64,000 nt of DNA, from positions 1,824,001-1,888,000 of the forward strand of contig OY760937.1 of NCBI GenBank assembly GCA_963664225.1. Reading direction: 5' to 3'. Both the position numbers and the translations under genes were made by a program. Shown piece after piece: positions 1-8,674 of the stretch; position 1 is the first letter of the stretch; each line of letters opens with the position of its first letter. The notes under the pieces were generated by a model. That model worked only from the letters and a program-made list of their open reading frames with translations. It did not search any database and had not been told where the DNA came from. This DNA is from Verrucomicrobiia bacterium (GTDB lineage Bacteria > Verrucomicrobiota > Verrucomicrobiia > Limisphaerales > UBA1319).

Positions 1-107
1 CAGTCCGAAAAATGATGCCATGGGAGCGAAGAACCGCTATACCATGAGGGTTCAAGGCCGGACCGGTCGCGGCGCTTCATGCAGAACCCGCACGGCGGCG
101 GAACATT

Positions 108-755
108 ATGTCGTATAAAGCAGTCATTTTTGACATGGACGGGGTGATCCTGGATAGCGAGCCTGTCCACGAACGCGCCTTCCGTGATATTTGCCACGAG
201 ATGGGCTACGGGGAGAATCACGGGATCATTTTCCCCGCGTATTACGGGCGCTCGGATGGGGCGCTGTGGCGGGATTTCATCGCGCTGCATCATCCGCCGC
301 AATCGCTGGAGGAATTGATCGCCTGGAAGCAGCGTCATTTGATCGAGCTGGTGGAGAAGGAGCAGCCGTTTTTCAAGGAGGCGCTGGAGTTGATCCGCAA
401 GCTGGCGGCGCGTCATGCGCTGGCGCTGGCGTCGGGGTCGATGCACCCAGTGATCGATGCCGTATTGGCGCTGCGGAATCTGCGACCCTTTTTCAAGGCG
501 ATCGTGAGCGTTCAGGATGTGGGCCGGGGAAAGCCCGCGCCGGATGTGTTTTTGCGGGCGGCGGAGCTGCTGGGGATAGCCCCGGCGGATTGCTGGGTGA
601 TCGAGGACGCGGCGGCGGGTGTGGAGGCGGCGCTGGCGGGAGGATTCCGCGTGATCGCGATCACGAATTCGCTGCCGGCGGAGAAGCTCGCGCGCGCAAC
701 GCATGTGGTTTCGACGTACGCGGAGATCGAACGCATCCTGAAAATCGAGGGGTGA
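108..755 (+). CDS. HAD-superfamily phosphatase (beta-phosphoglucomutase-like)
   Basis: Motif I FDMDGVILDSE, GKPAPD, and motif IV VIEDAAAG. Confidence 0.9.
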   Translation: MSYKAVIFDMDGVILDSEPVHERAFRDICHEMGYGENHGIIFPAYYGRSDGALWRDFIALHHPPQSLEELIAWKQRHLIELVEKEQPFFKEALELIRKLAARHALALASGSMHPVIDAVLALRNLRPFFKAIVSVQDVGRGKPAPDVFLRAAELLGIAPADCWVIEDAAAGVEAALAGGFRVIAITNSLPAEKLARATHVVSTYAEIERILKIEG

Positions 756-894
756 CAATGGGCCAAGCCGGCATAGAATAGTCCGACTTTGTCCGGTAAA
801 AGGCAAAGAAAGCAGTTGATTGTTTTAAGAAAGCGACGGCGAATCATTGCGCGGTCGCGGTTCGGGAATTGAACCAACAGATGGGTGGAATATT

Positions 895-2244
895 ATGAGC
901 GTTCGAGTTCGTTTTGCACCGAGTCCCACGGGTTACCTCCATATCGGAGGCGCCCGCACGGCATTGTTTAACTGGCTGTATGCCCGGCACACGGGCGGTG
1001 AATTTATTTTGCGGATTGAGGACACGGATACCGCGCGCAACACCCGCGAGGCGGTGGATGTGATTCTGGAAGGCCTGCGCTGGCTGGGGATGGATTGGGA
1101 CGAGGGTCCCGAGACGGGCGATCCCACGGGGCCAAGTCGTGGAAATCACGGGCCTTATTTCCAATCCCAGCGGAACGATATTTACAAGAGGCGGATTCAG
1201 GAATTGCGGGACAAGGGTTTTGCCTACGATTCCGAAGGCGCGGTGAAATTCCGAATGGGCAAAGAGGCGACGGTGATGGAGGATGTGGTGGTGGGCAAGG
1301 TCCGCCGCGAGCTGACGGATCAGGAGCAGTTGGATCCGGATTTCTTCATTGTGCGCTCGGACGGACAGCCGGTGTTTCACCTGGTCAATGTGATCGACGA
1401 CCTGGAAATGGGTGTGACGCATGTGATCCGCGGCGAGGACCATTTGTCCAATACGGCCAAGCACCTGGCTTTGTTCAAGGCCTTCGGCGTGCAGCCTCCG
1501 CAGTACGGGCACATCCCGCTGATCCTGAATCCGGACGGCAGCAAGATGAGCAAGCGAGACGCGGGGGCGTCCCTGATGACTTACGTTGAAAAGGGTTATG
1601 TGCCCGAGGCGGTGGTGAATTATCTGCTGCTGCTGGGATGGTCGCCCAAGAACAACCGCGAGATCATGCCGATTGCCGAGGTGATTCAGGCGTTCGATCT
1701 GCCGCAGATTTTGCGCCACAACGCGAAGTTCGATTTCAACAAGCTCAACTGGCTGAATTACGAATACATCCGAACGTTGAATATGGACCGGTTCGTGGAA
1801 CTGGGCGTTCCCGTGCTCGAGAAAACGGGGTTGAAGCCCACGCAATACGATCCCGCGTATGTGCGCGCCGCGCTGGCCACCTGCCAGCAAAAAACGAAGG
1901 TGATGAACGACCTGCCGGGCTTCGCGGATTTCTATTTCATGGAAGAGATCGTCCTGCCCGAAGGCGTGGCGAAAACGGATTTTGGCGCGGAGAGCCGTCC
2001 GCGTCTGGAAAAATTGCGCGCGGCATTTGCGGGCGTCGAACCGTTCAACGCGGCCACCGTGGAGGCCGCCCTCAAGGCTGTGGCGGCGGAACTGACGGTG
2101 AAGGCAGGTGTGCTGGTGCATCCGGTGCGGCTGGCCTGCACGGGCAAGACGATTGGCCCCAGCCTCTATCACCTGATGGAAGTGCTAGGCAAGGAACGCG
2201 TTCTCAAGCGACTGGACAGTGCGTTGAAGGCCGGGACGGTGTGA
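895..2244 (+). CDS. gltX: Glutamate--tRNA ligase
   Basis: RVRFAPSPTGYLHIGG (HIGH), LRIEDTD, IRGEDHLSN, KMSKR; ATG at 895. Confidence 0.97.
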   Translation: MSVRVRFAPSPTGYLHIGGARTALFNWLYARHTGGEFILRIEDTDTARNTREAVDVILEGLRWLGMDWDEGPETGDPTGPSRGNHGPYFQSQRNDIYKRRIQELRDKGFAYDSEGAVKFRMGKEATVMEDVVVGKVRRELTDQEQLDPDFFIVRSDGQPVFHLVNVIDDLEMGVTHVIRGEDHLSNTAKHLALFKAFGVQPPQYGHIPLILNPDGSKMSKRDAGASLMTYVEKGYVPEAVVNYLLLLGWSPKNNREIMPIAEVIQAFDLPQILRHNAKFDFNKLNWLNYEYIRTLNMDRFVELGVPVLEKTGLKPTQYDPAYVRAALATCQQKTKVMNDLPGFADFYFMEEIVLPEGVAKTDFGAESRPRLEKLRAAFAGVEPFNAATVEAALKAVAAELTVKAGVLVHPVRLACTGKTIGPSLYHLMEVLGKERVLKRLDSALKAGTV

Positions 2245-2405
2245 AAAAGTCCAAAAACAAATCGAAGCCGGCAGGAAAAATCCGACTCGTTGAATCGTCG
2301 TTTGCCGTTAAAGCAGAACGCGCCATGCACATGGCACAGAAGGAAGCGGCGAAGGAATGTGCGCGCTATGGTCTGCCATTGATCGTCGAAAAAACGTCCC
2401 GTTAA
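2241..2405 (+). CDS. Small basic hypothetical protein (54 aa)
   Basis: GTG start overlaps the gltX stop (GTGA); VKKSKNKSKPAGKIRLVESSFAVKAERAMHMAQKEAAKECARYGLPLIVEKTSR. Confidence 0.5.
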   Translation: MKKSKNKSKPAGKIRLVESSFAVKAERAMHMAQKEAAKECARYGLPLIVEKTSR

Positions 2406-2417
2406 TTGTTCCCCCAC

Positions 2418-5400
2418 CTATTTCCCCGGCTTGTGGCGCAATTTGATATGGGTGCTCTCGGTGTTCTGGGTCTTCTCGCCGCCGGTTTGCTCGTAGTCCT
2501 TGGATAGAATGACCTCGCTGAGGCCGCCGTACTGAAAGCCGGTCATGCGGAACACCGATCCGCCCATGACCATTTCATCAATGCTGCCCGATTGCGGGGT
2601 TTCCTCCTCGTTGATATGGAAGACTTCAAAAATGCGGCCGAAAGTGTCCGCGATGGTGGTATCCGGCTGGTCAGGACAAACCGACCTACGCCCTTCCGCA
2701 GGAGCCAGCGCAGGGTCTGAGCGCATGAAGAGCTTCATATCCGGTTTGAATTCGTAAGTGGTTGTGTAGCCATGGAACGGCACGCGCGTGACACGCTTCT
2801 GATAGAGGCCGATCTTCAGGTATGGCACGATCAACTGACCCGCAGATGGCGAATCCGCGATGGTGCATTCGCCGGCGCCCACGTTATCCACTTTGGTGAT
2901 GTTCCACTGGCCGGAGCCGGAAAGCAGCAGCTTGAGTTGCACGACCACATCGTCATCGATCGGCTTCAACTTAATCTTTGCTTTTGTGTCGGTGGCCATG
3001 GTGCCCACGCTGGATTGGGAGGTGATTTTCGACTCGATCTCGAGCTCGAAAACAAGGCACTTCCGGGCGCACTTCCACACTTCGTCCTCGTAACTCAGGC
3101 CGATGAGCGCGCCCATTCTGGCCAGATCCAGCATCCGGTAGATGCGCGCGATGTCATGTTCCATGCACTTCTGGCAGGACTTGGTGACGCCGTTGTGAAT
3201 CGCCTGGGTTGCGAGGTTACCTGCAACGCGCACACGCTTGGCCAACTCTCCGGCGTTGGCGTTGCCCAACAGATTGCCATTGTAGAGGCCGAGCAATTCC
3301 ATGGTTCTCAGCCAATCCAACCAGGCTTCCACCGCGCCATCGATCATGTCGTCGTTGCCCACCGCCTGTTTCAATTTGGGAATCACGGATTGATCGGCAA
3401 GCTGGATGCAGAGCTTGATCATTTCCTCGTTCAAGGACTCCGGCGAGCAATCGGGGTCGGCCTTGCAATCTGCGAGATTCGCCGCCATCTGCTGTTTGGT
3501 GGACGCCCCGGGATCGCTGGGCGAGTTCTGGGACATTCCCTGGGCATTGGCCGCAGTGCCGTTACCAGCGCCGGCCATTGTGAAATGCTGCAAGTGCAGC
3601 GAAACGGTGCGGTTGGTGATGAACGAAAGCTGGAGGGCGAATTCGCTGCCGTCCGCCTGGGCGCCAAAACCCATCAGGCTCGCCGGATTCAGGGGCGTGG
3701 GCGATGTGATGTCGAGCCGCGCCGGAGTGTTGAACAAGAGACCCTCCGGCTGAAGATCGACTGCGGCGCTCAAGCCGCCGCTCAAAGGCAATCCGTTGAT
3801 TTTCGCCACGTCGGTCATGGTAATCGTCTCCGTACGGTCAAGCGCGTCTGGAGGCACATTCAACGTGAACACATATCCTGCGGCGTTGGTCAGGCTCAAC
3901 CTGCCGCCGAATTCGTCGAGCTTTGCCGTTGCGGTCATATTGGAGTTCAACACGAGACCAACGGTCAGCGGATTGGGCGTGGGCAAGGGATCGCCGGGGC
4001 CGCGCACGCGGAAAAAGGCGGTCCTGCTTGCGATCGGGATTTGCAGAGTCAACCGGTCTGCCGGGGCATTGGTTGTGAGGAATGTCGTCCATTGGAGCAG
4101 GTTCGTGGAATACTCCACAACGCATCCAGAGGGCGAACCACCCACCACATCGAAAACGACATTGGTCCTGCTGGCACGGCCCACGTTTTCCACCGACGGC
4201 ACAAACACCGATGCCGGTGGGGGCACGGTCACCACGCGCAGAGCCTGCGTGCTGACGCGCCCGATCAAGTCGGTCATGCGCAAGGTGGCGTCGAACGTGC
4301 CTTCGCTGGCGGTCTGGCCGGTGAGGGTGCCTCCGGCTTCCAGCGTCATTCCGGGTGGAAGGGAGCCTCCGATTTGCTCAAATTTCAGGGGTCGCACGCC
4401 GTTGGTTGTGAAGAGCGGATTCATGAACGTCATGCCGACAGGCACGCTGCCCATGTTCGTGGTGAGCAAAACCGGCGGAGGAAGCGTGCCGTCCACGACG
4501 CGCAATTCAAATTCCGTGGTGCGATGCAGGGCGGCGCGAAGCGTGACACCGGGTATCGAATTCGTGTCGAGCGCGGTGAAGCTAAACGCGGTGAGACTCA
4601 CGGCGGCGCGGCCCACTTTCGCGAAGGCTCCGGCAGGCACCACAACTGTGTTGGATGCGCCATTCAGGGCGCCGTCATTGTCTGGAAGGGGCGAGGCAAA
4701 CACGATGGTTCCATTTTGCTCGATGCGCATCCGCACATAATCGATCGCTGCTCCACCGTTGGCAAAATCCCAGTTCAACGTCCATGGCTGACCCAACACC
4801 ACGTAAGGCGTGCTCCCTTGATTTGCGGCTCTCGGCGCAGAAGGCAAGGCGTCCGTGCTCAGTGTGAGCGACGCTCTGGAAACATTGGTGCCCCATGCAA
4901 AAGCGACCTGATAGGCCCCCAGCGGGTAATTCGTGGCGAAGGCCGAGGTGTCCGAGTCCGAGTCTGAGAACTCCACCGCATCCGGGGCTCCCGCCCAGCA
5001 TAGGGCGCTTGTCTGGCCGGGTGCCGGGGCTGTGAGAATGACGGAGTTGGTGAAGGCCGTTCCCGCCAGGCCGATGATTTCAGGTCCAACGGTTTCGAAT
5101 AAATTCGTCTCCGTTTGCTCGATCAATTCGCCATACGAAACGAGTCCGGAACCGGTCAGTCTGGACCCGCTGCTTGAACCGGCTGTAAAAAACGAACCGC
5201 CCCCACCGGTGTAGGGAGTGCCGAGGACGTCCTGCCCTGCCAGACTCCAGACGATCCTGGTGCCGGCGGGGAACGGAGGATTGGGAGTGCAGGTCAATTT
5301 GGTTTTGTCCGAACTCCACGAGACCACCATGGTCAGATTGGTCATCGGAAAGGCAATGTCAGAGAATTGCGCGCCGCTTGCGCTGGTGTTCATCGCCGCG

Positions 5401-5900
5401 CTGAAGGTGAATACAACGGCTGTGCTGGTGGGAACATTGGTGCTCAAGCTTGCCGGCGAGACGGACACGAGCGTGGGAGGCGTGGCGGCTGTGCCTCCCG
5501 TCACGAAGCCGCCGCTGAACGTTCCACTGAGCATAGTCCCGGCGGTATCCCGGCCATTCACCGTCCAGATGATGGGCGACTTCGCGGGAAATATCGGTGT
5601 CGGCGTATTGGTGAGCATGGTGTGATCATCGCTCCATGTCGGGATCGTGGGCAGGATCGGCGGGGGGAAGGAAGAGTTGTTGATGAATTTAACGACCGTG
5701 GCCACAGGATCCATCGCCTTGCTGAAAGCAATAATGACGGGGGCGCTTTGGGAGATGCCGGTCTTTCCGGAGATGGGACTGTTGGAAACGATGGTCGGCG
5801 CGGTTTGGGCGCAAGCGGGGGCCAAATACGCAACGAAACAGGTGATCGCCAGTCCTGGCAGCGAAAAGTGTCTGGATAAGAGGTTACGCATAAAGTTCAT
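2418..5900 (-). CDS. Secreted Ig-like domain protein (two Big_5-like domains, putative Ig repeat, Cys-containing C-terminal region)
   Basis: Signal peptide (..LAPACAQ); two repeats PTIVSNSP..IAFSKAMD / PTLVSVSP..FTFSAAMN; GSLPPGMTL; start likely at 5900 or 5891. Confidence 0.75.
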   Translation of the reverse strand: MNFMRNLLSRHFSLPGLAITCFVAYLAPACAQTAPTIVSNSPISGKTGISQSAPVIIAFSKAMDPVATVVKFINNSSFPPPILPTIPTWSDDHTMLTNTPTPIFPAKSPIIWTVNGRDTAGTMLSGTFSGGFVTGGTAATPPTLVSVSPASLSTNVPTSTAVVFTFSAAMNTSASGAQFSDIAFPMTNLTMVVSWSSDKTKLTCTPNPPFPAGTRIVWSLAGQDVLGTPYTGGGGSFFTAGSSSGSRLTGSGLVSYGELIEQTETNLFETVGPEIIGLAGTAFTNSVILTAPAPGQTSALCWAGAPDAVEFSDSDSDTSAFATNYPLGAYQVAFAWGTNVSRASLTLSTDALPSAPRAANQGSTPYVVLGQPWTLNWDFANGGAAIDYVRMRIEQNGTIVFASPLPDNDGALNGASNTVVVPAGAFAKVGRAAVSLTAFSFTALDTNSIPGVTLRAALHRTTEFELRVVDGTLPPPVLLTTNMGSVPVGMTFMNPLFTTNGVRPLKFEQIGGSLPPGMTLEAGGTLTGQTASEGTFDATLRMTDLIGRVSTQALRVVTVPPPASVFVPSVENVGRASRTNVVFDVVGGSPSGCVVEYSTNLLQWTTFLTTNAPADRLTLQIPIASRTAFFRVRGPGDPLPTPNPLTVGLVLNSNMTATAKLDEFGGRLSLTNAAGYVFTLNVPPDALDRTETITMTDVAKINGLPLSGGLSAAVDLQPEGLLFNTPARLDITSPTPLNPASLMGFGAQADGSEFALQLSFITNRTVSLHLQHFTMAGAGNGTAANAQGMSQNSPSDPGASTKQQMAANLADCKADPDCSPESLNEEMIKLCIQLADQSVIPKLKQAVGNDDMIDGAVEAWLDWLRTMELLGLYNGNLLGNANAGELAKRVRVAGNLATQAIHNGVTKSCQKCMEHDIARIYRMLDLARMGALIGLSYEDEVWKCARKCLVFELEIESKITSQSSVGTMATDTKAKIKLKPIDDDVVVQLKLLLSGSGQWNITKVDNVGAGECTIADSPSAGQLIVPYLKIGLYQKRVTRVPFHGYTTTYEFKPDMKLFMRSDPALAPAEGRRSVCPDQPDTTIADTFGRIFEVFHINEEETPQSGSIDEMVMGGSVFRMTGFQYGGLSEVILSKDYEQTGGEKTQNTESTHIKLRHKPGK

Positions 5901-6149
5901 GAGACAAGGGATTGACCGGCGTCGAATTCCACGCCCCGCCCCGACGACGCTATCGACATTTGAGATCCCGAACTCCCGAGGCTTGGCATCACACCAGGAG
6001 CAATCGCAGCCCATAACGATACGAAAGCGCTTCATAGGCGAGGAACAAGTGGCATTATAAACAATCCACCTCCCCAGTCAAGAAGTCGCGTGCGCCCCGA
6101 ATGCACGCATGATGGACCGCACCTTAATAGTTTGTATCGACAAACTAAA

Positions 6150-7322
6150 TCACTTCGTCCGGCTTCCACTTTCCTTCAGAACCGTCCGGTAAATTTCCTC
6201 CACGCGGCGGATCATGATGCGATGATCGAAGTTGTTTTGCGCATGCAGCTTGCCTTGTGCGGTCAGGCGTTTTCGTTCTTCCGGATGCGCTAAAAGCTCG
6301 AGAATGGCTTGCAGCAGTGCCTTCTGGTCGCCTTGGGGTGCGAGCCGGCCGGTCTGGCCATCAACGCACACTTCGGGAATGCCCCCGACCGCATAGCCCG
6401 CAATGGCGCAATCGCACAGCAGCGCCTGCACCAGCGTGCGTGCCTGGCCCTCCTGATACGAAGGCAGGGCGTGGATGTCCATGGCGCTCATCAGCGGCCC
6501 CACGCGCTCGGGCGGAACCAGACCCGTGAAAATCACATGTTCGCTGAATCCCTCCCGCTCGACCCGGTCCTCGAGGTGTTTGCGATTCCAACCGTCGCCA
6601 ACGAATAACAGGCGCGTTTGCGGATGTTGGGCGATGAGAGCGGGCAGGATGTTGAGCAGATCGTCCTGGCCTTTGTAAGGATCGAATCGGGCCACGAGTC
6701 CGACGACTGGCGCATTGTCGGGAATGCCTAGCGAATGACGAACGCGTTCCCGTTCTCCGGCGGGGTATTGGAATTGGGAAATATCCACCGCGCTGGGGAC
6801 CACCTCAAATTGTTCCGGACGACCGATTTTGTGCTGCTGGAAGGCTTCGCACATGGCGTTGGTAATGCCGATGAGCCGGTGGCAGCGGGGAGCCGCCCAT
6901 CGTTCGGCCAGCACATAGGCCTGGTAAACGAGTTGTGACTGGCGCGAGTGAAACGGCAGGCCGTGAATGGTATGAATGATGGCCGGCGTCTGTTCGGCCC
7001 AGGCGGCGGCGCGTCCGATTATCCCGGCCTTGCTGGAGTGGGTATGCACCACATCGGGGCGTTCCTGGCGGATCAAACGCCGCAGCGCGTAGTATGCGGC
7101 GAGGTCGTGCGGCGGCAGGATGGCGCGGCGCAAGGAATGGATTTCCCGGAGGACCGCGCCGCTTTTTTGGGCGTCGGGCAGCACAGAACCTTCCGGTCCG
7201 TAGATGGGACCATACGCGAGTATGACCTGGTGGCTCGCCGCGACCTGGGCGGCGCTGCAGAGGACGGTGTTTTGCTGGGCGCCTCCGAGGATGAGTCGCG
7301 TGATGATGTGAAGGACCTTCAC
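6150..7322 (-). CDS. Glycosyltransferase family 4 (GT-B)
   Basis: KVLHIITRLILGGAQ, VHTHSSKAG, PSYQEG, GGIPEV. Confidence 0.92.
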   Translation of the reverse strand: MKVLHIITRLILGGAQQNTVLCSAAQVAASHQVILAYGPIYGPEGSVLPDAQKSGAVLREIHSLRRAILPPHDLAAYYALRRLIRQERPDVVHTHSSKAGIIGRAAAWAEQTPAIIHTIHGLPFHSRQSQLVYQAYVLAERWAAPRCHRLIGITNAMCEAFQQHKIGRPEQFEVVPSAVDISQFQYPAGERERVRHSLGIPDNAPVVGLVARFDPYKGQDDLLNILPALIAQHPQTRLLFVGDGWNRKHLEDRVEREGFSEHVIFTGLVPPERVGPLMSAMDIHALPSYQEGQARTLVQALLCDCAIAGYAVGGIPEVCVDGQTGRLAPQGDQKALLQAILELLAHPEERKRLTAQGKLHAQNNFDHRIMIRRVEEIYRTVLKESGSRTK

Positions 7323-8002
7323 GGGGCGCGCTTCCCGTTCTTTTCAACTTTCTGAATTTCCACGCCCATTTTTTGGGCGAAAGCGGAATGGGTGTCAAAC
7401 GCGATCGCTGCACGCCAGATAGCGGCGGCCTCGTCGGTTCGCTCATGTTTCTTGAGCGCCAATCCATAAAGCAGGCCGATCTCCTGCTTGTGGGGCGTGT
7501 CAATCTGGGGATTATTCTTTTGCACCTGCTCCCAGAGCCAGGTGAAATCATTCACCACGATCTCCTCCCGTCCAAGGAATTTGGGCATGTAAAAGTTATT
7601 GTTGGCGCGGGCAAAACGGACCATGGCATCGTTGGTGGCGAGGCTGACCGCGGCATCCATTTCACGAATGCCCTGATGGACAAAACTGAGCTGGGTCAGG
7701 GGCCAGACAGCGTCACGGCCTTTCATCGTCAGAACGCTTCCAAAGAGAACCTTGGCAAAGGCATTGGTGGATTCCAGCGCGAGGGCTTCCTTGAGATACT
7801 TTTCACTGAGTTTGACGGCTTCGGGATTGTCTTTCACGCCTTCGTCGTGGCAAAGGTCGCCCAGCTTCACCAAAAGCGCGACATTCGATGGGCTGGAAGC
7901 CAGTTGCGCCTGCAAGGCGGTCAGACTGTTTGTGAAGGAGTCCTCTGCCACAGCAAGCGCGATGGTGGTCCACAGGAGTCCCGTAATGGCTAAAAAACGC
8001 AT
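7319..8002 (-). CDS. Exported TPR-like helical protein
   Basis: Signal peptide MRFLAITGLLWTTIALAVA; helical TPR-like repeats; 4-bp overlap with the GT4 gene. Confidence 0.65.
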   Translation of the reverse strand: MRFLAITGLLWTTIALAVAEDSFTNSLTALQAQLASSPSNVALLVKLGDLCHDEGVKDNPEAVKLSEKYLKEALALESTNAFAKVLFGSVLTMKGRDAVWPLTQLSFVHQGIREMDAAVSLATNDAMVRFARANNNFYMPKFLGREEIVVNDFTWLWEQVQKNNPQIDTPHKQEIGLLYGLALKKHERTDEAAAIWRAAIAFDTHSAFAQKMGVEIQKVEKNGKRAP

Positions 8003-8073
8003 ATAATCCGCCCGACCTCAGATCCCATTCTAACACAGACCAGGCCGGTTGGCCACCAGGCAGGGGGCGGGGG

Positions 8074-8598
8074 CTACTTTTTTACCTTTTTGAGCGTATT
8101 CGTTCGCTCGGTCGGAAGCGGCAATGTGGTGGATGCCGCATTGGTGGCCGGTTCATACAAACCGGGACCGAGGTTCGAGAGCGGATCCTTGCTTTGATGA
8201 TTCCGCCAGACACGAATGGTCCAGATGCCCACAATGACGATCAACGCCACGCCGAAAACCGGGAGCACCATGCGCCAGTTAACCTTGGAGAGCTGGTACA
8301 TGATCTGGTCCAAAATCCCACCCCTTGAACCGGTGAGGCTGGGCGGTTCGCGGAATTTATCAATCGCGGACAGCTCGGCCTCCAATGTGGCCATGATGCT
8401 GGCCACATCCAGCTTGAGCAGCATGGCGTAGGAGCGCACAAAGCCACGAACGTATACCGGGGCCGCGAACACGGTGTATTTCCCCTCCTCAAGCGAGCGA
8501 ATATGCTCGGTCTTGATCTTGGTCCTGTCCGCCACCTGGTAGATCGTGAGGCCCGCGGCCTCACGGCCCTGGCGCAGTTGTTCGGCAACAGTCGGCAT
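8074..8598 (-). CDS. RodZ-like HTH_25 membrane protein (short)
   Basis: TVAEQLRQGREAAGLT..TKIK..LEEG..VYVRGFVRSYA plus one TM helix; follows ftsK. Confidence 0.85.
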   Translation of the reverse strand: MPTVAEQLRQGREAAGLTIYQVADRTKIKTEHIRSLEEGKYTVFAAPVYVRGFVRSYAMLLKLDVASIMATLEAELSAIDKFREPPSLTGSRGGILDQIMYQLSKVNWRMVLPVFGVALIVIVGIWTIRVWRNHQSKDPLSNLGPGLYEPATNAASTTLPLPTERTNTLKKVKK

Positions 8599-8674
8599 TT
8601 GACGTACTTATATATTTTTCACTGCGTCTGGCAATCCCTGAAAAAAACCGCGCCGCACTTGCCATCAGCGGTTG

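Noticed and set aside
844..2172. Long antisense ORFs opposite gltX, ftsK, recD2, hcp, tnpC, the Ig-like gene and the kinase
   Set aside because: Shadow frames expected from GC-rich codon bias; the opposite strand carries clear family motifs
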